A model generated the notes under the pieces. That model searched no databases. It was given only the letters and a program-made list of their open reading frames with translations, and was not told the origin of the DNA. A program made the position numbers and the translations under genes. Source: Zygophlyctis sp. KS116 (Eukaryota > Fungi > Chytridiomycota). From it: DNA of 6,884 nt. Below, piece after piece: positions 1 through 6,651 of this stretch. Within the stretch, counting starts at the first letter, position 1, and each line of letters starts with the position of its first letter. The stretch spans positions 1 to 6,884 of the forward strand of contig BAAFSQ010000425.1 in NCBI GenBank assembly GCA_054661495.1, given 5' to 3'.

Positions 1-2
1 CA

Positions 3-179
3 TTTGAATTTCATGGACCATTATTTGATGAAATGCTGGATGATTGTAAGAAATCTTGTGTTTTTGTGAATGGAAATATTGTAGATTCACTTCGATCTTT
101 TGGAGTTAAACATTCTCATTTGAATTTAGTCATGGGTATTGTGGTGCTTGCTGTTGGAATGGGTGTCAGATCTTATTAA
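3..179 (+). CDS. 3' end of an unidentified gene (partial) with a C-terminal hydrophobic segment
   Basis: Frame 3 is open from the window start to TAA at 177-179: FEFHGPLFDEMLDDCKKSCVFVNGNIVDSLRSFGVKHSHLNLVMGIVVLAVGMGVRSY*. It ends in a TM-like stretch (LVMGIVVLAVGMGV) and is followed by an AT-rich spacer before the convergent gene. Confidence 0.55.
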   Translation, partial: FEFHGPLFDEMLDDCKKSCVFVNGNIVDSLRSFGVKHSHLNLVMGIVVLAVGMGVRSY

Positions 180-225
180 AAGAAAAGCATTAAATATATT
201 TCTCATTTTCAGACTTTTTAAAAAA

Positions 226-2039
226 CTAGCACATAATATAAAACTGTTGCGGGATATTTCCAAACTTTGAATCAACTACGGGCTTTACCCAGTTAAAGGC
301 CAAACATTTTGGGTTTGCAGCACAAGCATCAGAACAAAAAATCACTGGTGTTCCAGTAGTGTGGCATGATATATCAAATCCAGCAATATCGGTTGCCGGA
401 ATTTTTGCAAATCCGGGCATAGTGAATTGATTAGAGAGTGACAAATATTCTTTAATGAAAAAGTCAGTATTTGGGCTTTCAATTAGTTTATTGGAATCGT
501 CTGTGAATTTAAGACAGCAACCGTATTCTCCACCTTGAGTGAGCGGTCGAATCCAATTGAAAGCCAGGCATTTCATATTGGAAGCACACGCTTCGGCACA
601 CGTTGTCACTTGGTATCTGCCCAGATAGCACTGAATATTATTTCCGCTGATATCTTTCCTTGGAATTTTTTTAAAGCCTGGCATGGTAAATGCATTGGAA
701 AGGGCTTTATTCTTTGCTGATGTGTCGTTTCGACATGTTTGTAAAGTTATTCCTGTATTTACAAAATCCCTATTAATAAGAAATTAATTTGTTTTTACAC
801 ATTGGCGAGACAGAGCGGGATAAAAGTTGAAGAAAGACCAGGATTATTATTCAGACCGCTATATATTAAATACCTATCAATTTTTACAAAAACCTTATTG
901 GCTCGACCGATACCGGGATAGCTCCATTTAATTTATTGTTGTCTAAATAACTTATGATTAAGCCTTTAAAATATTACAGATCCTGTAAATTGTTCATATT
1001 TTCAAAAGACAAAGGAATTGATCCAGATAGCTGATTGTTTCGAAAATCACTTTGAAATTAATGTATTCAACAATACTTACATTGATTGCAAATTGATTAA
1101 TTTATCAAATGTCAAAGGAATTGATCCATTTAATTGATTAAAAGAAAGATTGCTAAAATCAAATATTAGATATATACAGCTCTATCAAAGATGTAAGCTT
1201 TCCAAGATCATTTGGAATGGCCCCTGATAATTGATTATTTGCCATACTCCTTATAATTAAAATTTTTAAGAACTTACAAGCGTATCAAGTTTTTAAAATT
1301 TCCAATCGAAAGAATAAAACTTCCAGACAATTGATTAAAAGACAAGTCACTTTGTATCATAATTGAAGAATCTTACAGCACTTTTAAATTTATCAAATCT
1401 CCAATCTCTTCAGGAACCAACCCAGTAAACTGATTGTTTTGAAAATACCTAAAAGATTAGTCTCATGTTTACAGATATTGTAGATTAATCAATTTTCCAA
1501 TAGCCGGAGAAATTGATTCAGATAGCTGATTATTCCCAAGAATACTAATATTATTATATATTTTTACAGCCAGTTCAAATTTTTCAAATCCCAAATCTCT
1601 ATTGGAATTTCTCCGGATAATTGGTTAAACCCGAGATTTCTACCATATTAGCCTTTATAATTTACAAACGGTTTAGATTTTCCAAATTTCCAATTGATGA
1701 GGGAATTGTCCCAGTCAATGTATTCATAAACAATTGCCTTTTTTATTATTCTTATTTAACTTACAGATCAGTCAAGTTTTTCAAATTTCCAATTTCTACA
1801 GGAATAGATCCAGCAAGACCTTTATAGTTCCACTTTATAGCGGTGACATGAGAACCTGAACAAGACACTCCATCCATTGAGCAGCAGTCATAACCACTAC
1901 CAGATGATACAGTAGTATTTTTTCCCATTAGTTGCCATGATCGGACAACCCAACAGCATTGCGGAGAAGTCGAATCACAAGTTGCTTGGGCTCCAACATT
2001 AGCGATCAAAGCAAATAGACCGAATGCTAGAACAGACAT
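226..2039 (-). CDS. Secreted leucine-rich-repeat protein with C-terminal tandem PAN/Apple domains (12 exons, about 505 aa)
   Basis: Exons on the minus strand: 2039-1765, 1737-1666, 1639-1568, 1544-1473, 1448-1377, 1349-1278, 1249-1178, 1152-1081, 1049-978, 950-888, 858-799, 769-226. All 11 introns are GT..AG and phase 2. Splicing gives one stop-free 1518-nt frame that joins track ORFs 1761..2084 and 226..684. It has a signal peptide (MSVLAFGLFALIANVGA|Q; alternative ATGs at 2051 and 2084) and a Cys cap (DCCSMDGVSCSGSHV). The LRRs read e.g. LQLFMNTLTGTIPSSIGNLENLNR and LSMANNQLSGAIPNDLGKLTSLIE, followed by a terminal FGLNNNP and PAN domains. No TM segment is seen. Confidence 0.88.
280..702 (-). 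repeat. Two tandem PAN/Apple-like domains (88-aa period); the second copy is truncated
   Basis: LSNAFTMPGFKKIPRKDISGNNIQC..CAEACASNMKCLAFNWIRP..CCLK aligns with LSNQFTMPGFAKIPATDIAGFDISC..CSDACAANPKCLAFNWVKP. The pattern D-x-x-G..C-x3-C-x5-C-x-A-F-x-W..C-x-L-K is typical of PAN/Apple (PAN_4-like) domains. Confidence 0.8.
770..1764 (-). other. Eleven ultra-short spliceosomal introns (23-31 nt) in the LRR-PAN gene
   Basis: Introns with lengths: 1738-1764 (27), 1640-1665 (26), 1545-1567 (23), 1449-1472 (24), 1350-1376 (27), 1250-1277 (28), 1153-1177 (25), 1050-1080 (31), 951-977 (27), 859-887 (29), 770-798 (29). All start GTA and end TAG or AAG. They are very AT-rich, and several carry CTAAT/TTAAT branch-like motifs. 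Confidence 0.88.
978..1737 (-). repeat. Array of eight 72-nt exons, each encoding one 24-aa plant-type LRR (LxLxxNxLxGxIPxxxxxLxxLxx)
   Basis: Exons 2-9 are each exactly 72 nt. Every intron interrupts the same Leu/Ile codon after its second base. The exon-plus-intron period is 95-103 nt. Confidence 0.9.
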
Positions 2040-2214
2040 GTTGAAATACATCGGAAATATTACAAACGATGACGAATCAATCATCGCTCTGTAGAAGATG
2101 ACCAGCGATTGTCAAATAAATATGGGCAGTGATTAATATTTAATTTCACTCAATGATCCATCAATCCATAAAATGTAGAGAAAACACTTTTCAAAATATT
2201 AAAAAAATTCAAAA
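2040..2214. promoter_or_regulatory. Very short divergent intergenic region (probable bidirectional promoter) between the LRR-PAN gene and COG8
   Basis: The two genes are head-to-head, with only about 130-175 bp between start codons depending on which LRR-gene ATG is used. No specific motif was identified. Confidence 0.4.
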
Positions 2215-3642
2215 ATGTTTTCAACGCAAGAATTGAATTTCTTCAAGAGCGTTCAGTCTCTAAAGTCATTACAAGACAAGAATCCAAAATTAGAATTAGA
2301 GAAAATTAAAAATCAACTCTCTGGACTTGCGTTTTCAGAATACAAATCGTTTCTAAGTAATTTAAAGACTGTACAAGGTGCATCTCTAGACTTTGAGGAA
2401 ATTCATTCTAAAATTGATAATTTAGAAAAAGAAATTCTAAATTTAAATTCTATTCTACAAAATTTAGAATCAAATGCGACTCTGGCTAAAAATATTCAAT
2501 TATTGTCTAGTCATCAGGACTCGCTCATGGAACTAATTAATATTCCAGCTAATATTGATAATCTTGCTAAAAATTCTTGTTATGATGAAGCTATACAACT
2601 AGTGTCGTTTGTTAACTCTACTCTAGCAAGGAAACATTCGCTAAAAATAGTCAAAATTATCTCTAATGCAACCATGGAATCTTGTCAAAGAATGATTTCA
2701 CGATTAATTTCAGGACTTTCAGGTCCAATTACTCTTCCTTCTTGTATTAGAGTTTTGGGACATTTGAAAAGACTAGGAATTGATAATGATCAGGAATTGA
2801 AATGTTTGTTTTTAAGTCAAAGAGGACAATACTTGGAATTGATGGTTTCTAGAGTCGATGGGGATATAGATTATTGCAAAAAAGCTCTACAAGTTCATAG
2901 ACAAGTGTTTTTTGATATTTTAACAATGTATCATGCAATATTTATGGAATATTCTCAAGAAAATACGCAAGATTCTACATTATCTTCTTTTTCTACTTTA
3001 ATACTCTTGGAATTTTTTACTAATATTAGGAAAAAAGTAGGAGAAATGACTGATATTTCTTTAATTAATTCTATATTAAGTCAGTCAATGTATTATGGAT
3101 TGTCTCTTGGTAGAATGGGTCTTGATTTTAGATTTTGGATGACTGATTTCTTTGAAGATTCTGTTTTAAATCTGGTAAATCAGACTTTAGATGTTGGAAC
3201 AGAAGAATTCATCTTTAAAATTTCAAATTCTGAATCTTGCAAGTCTAATATTTCTAATCAAGTTGAAATTTTAAATATTCCTTGTTTAGCAAGTCTGTAC
3301 AATTCATTTTTAACTTCAATGAATCAAATTAGGCTATTACCTATACTCTCAATTAGAAGTAGAATTATTGAAACATTATTAGTTGTAATATCTAGACAAA
3401 TTTCAGCTCTAGAGAAATTAGGACTTGTAAATGAAAATGTATGGGAAGATTCTGTATTAAAGGATTTTGAATATTTATGTCACTTGTATTTGGATATTGT
3501 TGGACCTCTAGTGTTATCAGGCTATGAAAAAGTGTTTAGAATTAGTTTAGATAATTTTTTTCAGTCTGAATCACTCTGTAAATGGGCAACAAACTTTCGA
3601 TCTAGAGTTAAAATTAGTGATGATCATCATGATGATCTGTAA
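2215..3642 (+). CDS. COG8: Conserved oligomeric Golgi complex subunit 8 (Dor1 family)
   Basis: 475-aa helical ORF with recognisable COG8/Dor1 motifs: LAFSEYKSFL, LMELINIP..DNLAKNSCYDEAIQL, LSGPITLPSCIRVLGHLKRL, ELKCLFLSQR, RQVFFDILTMYHAIF and SILSQSMYYGLSLGRMGLDFR. Confidence 0.9.
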   Translation: MFSTQELNFFKSVQSLKSLQDKNPKLELEKIKNQLSGLAFSEYKSFLSNLKTVQGASLDFEEIHSKIDNLEKEILNLNSILQNLESNATLAKNIQLLSSHQDSLMELINIPANIDNLAKNSCYDEAIQLVSFVNSTLARKHSLKIVKIISNATMESCQRMISRLISGLSGPITLPSCIRVLGHLKRLGIDNDQELKCLFLSQRGQYLELMVSRVDGDIDYCKKALQVHRQVFFDILTMYHAIFMEYSQENTQDSTLSSFSTLILLEFFTNIRKKVGEMTDISLINSILSQSMYYGLSLGRMGLDFRFWMTDFFEDSVLNLVNQTLDVGTEEFIFKISNSESCKSNISNQVEILNIPCLASLYNSFLTSMNQIRLLPILSIRSRIIETLLVVISRQISALEKLGLVNENVWEDSVLKDFEYLCHLYLDIVGPLVLSGYEKVFRISLDNFFQSESLCKWATNFRSRVKISDDHHDDL

Positions 3643-3917
3643 GACCTGGAAATACATTTGCTTCTCGTTGTTCATCGAATTTATCAACCTAATTTAAGAT
3701 AGTGTTTCATACCCATTTTGAAGGACAGAGAGTCTGATAAGCTTTTTTGAATTGATTACAAGGTTCGAAATCTTCACCTTTGGCTTTTACGCACTTGAAA
3801 TAATCTAGGTAATTTTGCCAGCAGTTTTTAGTCTTTTTATAAAATAGAAGAAATTACCTGATTTGTATTTGGAAAACGAGCATCGAAACCAACAGTTTTA
3901 ATCTCGAAATTTGACAT
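3614..3917 (-). CDS. COX12: Cytochrome c oxidase subunit 6B (Cox12), 3 exons, 84 aa
   Basis: Exons are 3917-3858, 3832-3713 and 3688-3614. Introns are 3833-3857 (25 nt) and 3689-3712 (24 nt), both GT..AG and phase 0. Protein: MSNFEIKTVGFDARFPNTNQTKNCWQNYLDYFKCVKAKGEDFEPCNQFKKAYQTLCPSKWVDKFDEQREANVFPGLTDHHDDHH*. It has the diagnostic FDARFPNxNQTKxCWQNYxDY motif and the Cx9C-x10-Cx10C cysteines. Confidence 0.96.
3622..3637. repeat. 16-bp perfect palindrome inside the COG8/COX12 antisense CDS overlap
   Basis: GATCATCATGATGATC is its own reverse complement and encodes DHHDD on both strands. Confidence 0.95.
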
Positions 3918-4246
3918 TTTTTCTCAACGCGCGCTCCTTGACCTCTCTGGTAGACTCACCTCGATACTTTAATTCACTCTCTCCGTTGTCATGGCTGACT
4001 TTATCAAATAAAAGTATATAACCTAGTGTGGTTTATTGCTACAATAAAAACATAATCATTCTTGAGAATGGCCGTAAAATCATATCTTTGAATTTCACGA
4101 GAGGCCTGCCAGTCACAATATAAAATTCACTTATTCTCAGTTAGTAAAGGGATTGTATTTCCAAACATTACAAGTTATACTGAAAGAATGATGCGCCACC
4201 CCATCGACTGATCAAAGCTTAGGACTATAAATAGGCGCAGAATCAA

Positions 4247-6616
4247 ATGCAAAATCAAGAATTCTACATTAAGTATCTTGATAATCGGCCAGTCCTTATT
4301 GAAACTCATTATATTGGAGATCAGAATAGAGGAAGACCGCTTACCAATGTTGCTCACTTGATTGGTGCTTATAAGACTGCTGTGGCTCCCCGATTCGACT
4401 CTACTCCTGTTGATGAACTCACTCTCCACCTTCCGGATGGATTTGATAGGTCTGCTCTTCAAGTAGAGTGCTTTTCCTCTATTGATGAAACTGATACTTC
4501 TCTTGATCCAGGCTGCTTAATTTGTAATCTTGTTTCTCTTGAATCAAATTCAAAACAGCCACTAATAATTAAGTCAAGGAATGATGCTAATAATCAAGGT
4601 ATTTTAAAAATTGGTAATATACTAGAAAGAATAATTCCTGGAAAATTCATAGATATTGCCAATGAGGCCTTCAACAAGTATTCATCTTATGCTGAAACTT
4701 TACAGATTGCAGATTGTGTAAAGGAAGTTTGTGAAATTCTAATTGAAATTACATCTGGAGACTTTCCAGGTAATGGCTTTTCGAATATTCCTTTTGTGTT
4801 TTTGGAAGGTTCTTCTGGTTCAGGAAAGAGTCAAATGGGATTTGCCATCAAGGCCTGGTTTCAAAATAATAGGAATGTTAATCCCAGGATTCTAGAAAAT
4901 AGTGAAAGGAAAGTCTATTATTTCCTATTTGATGCTCCCAGTGAAAGGTCACAAAACATTTACCGCAATTTCACGAGTATTTCATTGTTATTTGTCAACT
5001 GTTGTAATGCGGATCAAGCTTTTTACAATTCTGATGCTGCATCTCCAAATTGTGCTTCTCTGTTTGGAGAAAAACTATATGTGTATGGGTTTATTTACGA
5101 ATTAATTAATAATTTTGCTTCAACTGATGTGAATATTTGCCCTAAAAGTGGCAAAGATATTCGAGATTTGATGCTTAAGCAGAAAATTGATCAGGGGAGA
5201 CCTGTCTTCATTTTGGATGAATGCATTGCCATATCAAATGATTCTTTAAAAAAACTAAAATTTGTTCGAAAATGCTTCCGCTCCTTGGGCTTGGGACTAG
5301 TAATGCTTGGAACTGATTCCAGAGCGGCCAAGTTGCCTTCTACAATTGGAAATCATAGTAGAACTGCGGAATCCTCAAAATGGTGTCATGTTGTTGGAAG
5401 ATTTCCTGATTTGGATTTATCACTGCTTACATTACCTTCCAGCGTACCCACCTGGCTACATTGTATCTTAGCCAACTCAAGACCACTTTTTGCCGAGCTT
5501 GTTTCTTCCCATTTTTATAATAAGTTTACTGGTATTGACACTGATTTTGACGCATTGATGAAAAATGCCTTTTCGGATCTCATTTCAGTCAAAAATATTT
5601 TTGGGGATTTTTATGGGAAACTTGGACAACTTCGATTATTTCAAAATGCCCATTGTTCATTAGAGGATCGTTGGGAGAATCAATCCACTCCATTGATTCA
5701 TTCGCACTTTGCCCAGCTCGGTGTTCCTAAAAAAAATTTTGTCTTGATGACTGATGGACATATCCAAGATCATGATGACCCTTGGAAGCCCTCTTCTGCA
5801 TTTCCTTATGTTCAGAATGATCTGCTGCTGTATTTGTTGTTGATGGGTGGAAAATATCATCCCGCATTCCAAAGGGATGGCCAACAGGTTCCGTATTCTC
5901 ATTTTTTGATGGAAGTTCTAAGTGATGGTGAATTTCGCAGTCACATCCTTGAGCTTGGAAACGCAGTACAGGAAAGTAATGATGGTATGTTTTTAGAATC
6001 TTTGCTTTGTTCTACTGTTTGCCTGGCCTCACATTCCAATGGGATTAGAGGGATTGGATTAAAACAGTTTCTATCAAATTTAGTATATCAGCTTCAAATA
6101 AGGAGACTTGATTCTAACCAAATCACTATATCTGGCTTAGAACAATTTGATCAGAGTCCTTTTCATGATTTTACTATACCTTTCCTGTCACCTGCAAACC
6201 AAAATTGGCCTGACATTCCCATACCTGGATCGAATTTTGCGTTACTAGAAAGAGCCAGAAATGAAGATAAAATTGATCTCTCATCTTCTTGCGGACTTTA
6301 TGGAGAATCCAAGGATTATGGAAGTGAAATCAAAATTAAAAAAATGAGAAATATTCTCGAAAGGGTCCCTGAAAATGCCACAGTGGAGCTGGTTTTCACA
6401 CGAAAACTTCAGAATTCTTACTTTAATCCTCAAGCCCAATCATTTGAAAAAGAATTCGGACACTCTCATCTTATAAAAAAAGCCTTTTATAAAATCGACG
6501 CTTCAAAGCCCGAAACTGTGCTCCAACCTGTCAAAGGTCTTCCCACAGCAAATCATTACTCGACAGGAGTTGTTATTTTTTTCGAAATCAATGGTGAGAT
6601 TTCGCATCGGCATTGA
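4247..6616 (+). CDS. Crinkler (CRN/CR)-like effector: N-terminal header domain, P-loop NTPase and C-terminal PD-(D/E)xK restriction-endonuclease-like domain
   Basis: 789-aa ORF. The first ~115 aa (FYIKYLDNRPV..VAHLIGAYK..PVDELTLHLP..SKQPLIIKS) resemble fungal CR ubiquitin-like headers. Walker A is FLEGSSGSGKS (G at 4808) and Walker B is PVFILDE (5201-5221), followed by LVMLGTD and SRPLFA. The C-terminal motifs DGMFLE..KIDL..GESKDY fit the E..D..ExK nuclease pattern. A possible in-frame 27-nt intron lies at 4599-4625. Confidence 0.75.
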   Translation: MQNQEFYIKYLDNRPVLIETHYIGDQNRGRPLTNVAHLIGAYKTAVAPRFDSTPVDELTLHLPDGFDRSALQVECFSSIDETDTSLDPGCLICNLVSLESNSKQPLIIKSRNDANNQGILKIGNILERIIPGKFIDIANEAFNKYSSYAETLQIADCVKEVCEILIEITSGDFPGNGFSNIPFVFLEGSSGSGKSQMGFAIKAWFQNNRNVNPRILENSERKVYYFLFDAPSERSQNIYRNFTSISLLFVNCCNADQAFYNSDAASPNCASLFGEKLYVYGFIYELINNFASTDVNICPKSGKDIRDLMLKQKIDQGRPVFILDECIAISNDSLKKLKFVRKCFRSLGLGLVMLGTDSRAAKLPSTIGNHSRTAESSKWCHVVGRFPDLDLSLLTLPSSVPTWLHCILANSRPLFAELVSSHFYNKFTGIDTDFDALMKNAFSDLISVKNIFGDFYGKLGQLRLFQNAHCSLEDRWENQSTPLIHSHFAQLGVPKKNFVLMTDGHIQDHDDPWKPSSAFPYVQNDLLLYLLLMGGKYHPAFQRDGQQVPYSHFLMEVLSDGEFRSHILELGNAVQESNDGMFLESLLCSTVCLASHSNGIRGIGLKQFLSNLVYQLQIRRLDSNQITISGLEQFDQSPFHDFTIPFLSPANQNWPDIPIPGSNFALLERARNEDKIDLSSSCGLYGESKDYGSEIKIKKMRNILERVPENATVELVFTRKLQNSYFNPQAQSFEKEFGHSHLIKKAFYKIDASKPETVLQPVKGLPTANHYSTGVVIFFEINGEISHRH
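4593..4625 (+). repeat. Direct repeat copy 1, containing a candidate 27-nt phase-1 intron (4599-4625) at the header/NTPase junction
   Basis: Sequence is ATCAAG|GTATTTTAAAAATTGGTAATATACTAG. It is GT..AG, AT-rich and in the same size class as the other introns. It matches 6618-6651 at 29 of 34 aligned positions. Confidence 0.65.
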
Positions 6617-6617
6617 T

Positions 6618-6651
6618 ATCAAGGTATTTTAAATATTAACTAATATAGTAG
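6618..6651 (+). repeat. Direct repeat copy 2, containing an intron-like element (6624-6648 or 6624-6651) immediately after the CRN stop codon
   Basis: Sequence is ATCAAG|GTATTTTAAATATTAACTAATATAGTAG. It has an ACTAAT branch motif and tandem TAGTAG acceptors. The first 16 nt are identical to 4593-4608. Confidence 0.65.

Noticed and set aside
535-720. Track ORF, 61 aa, + strand
   Set aside because: It is an antisense shadow of the last exon of the LRR-PAN gene and has no recognisable features.
950-1764. CRISPR-like array or frameshifted LRR pseudogene (about 100-bp periodicity with stops)
   Set aside because: The periodicity and the stops are fully explained by 72-nt exons plus GT-AG introns. 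There are no identical repeats with unique spacers, and the context is eukaryotic.
1621-1827. Track ORF, 68 aa, + strand
   Set aside because: It is antisense to LRR exons 1-3, and its periodicity simply mirrors the LRRs.
1761-2084. Standalone 107-aa protein
   Set aside because: Its TAA lies within the GTAAGT donor of intron 1, so it is exon 1 of the larger gene. The start is more likely ATG 2039 or 2051, given the signal peptide.
3927-3934. ACGCGCGC, an MCB/E2F-like motif upstream of COX12
   Set aside because: It is a single short occurrence about 10 nt from the ATG, probably in the 5' UTR, so a function cannot be supported.
4226-4233. TATA box (TATAAATA) upstream of the CRN gene
   Set aside because: It is only 13 nt before the ATG, too close for a canonical TATA, and such motifs are common by chance in AT-rich DNA.
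4175-4462. Track ORF, 95 aa, - strand
   Set aside because: It is an antisense shadow of the CRN header region.
4902-5105. Track ORF, 67 aa, + strand alternative frame
   Set aside because: It is nested out of frame in the CRN CDS, has a non-ATG start and shows no motifs.
5660-5902. Track ORF, 80 aa, - strand
   Set aside because: It is an antisense shadow within the CRN CDS.
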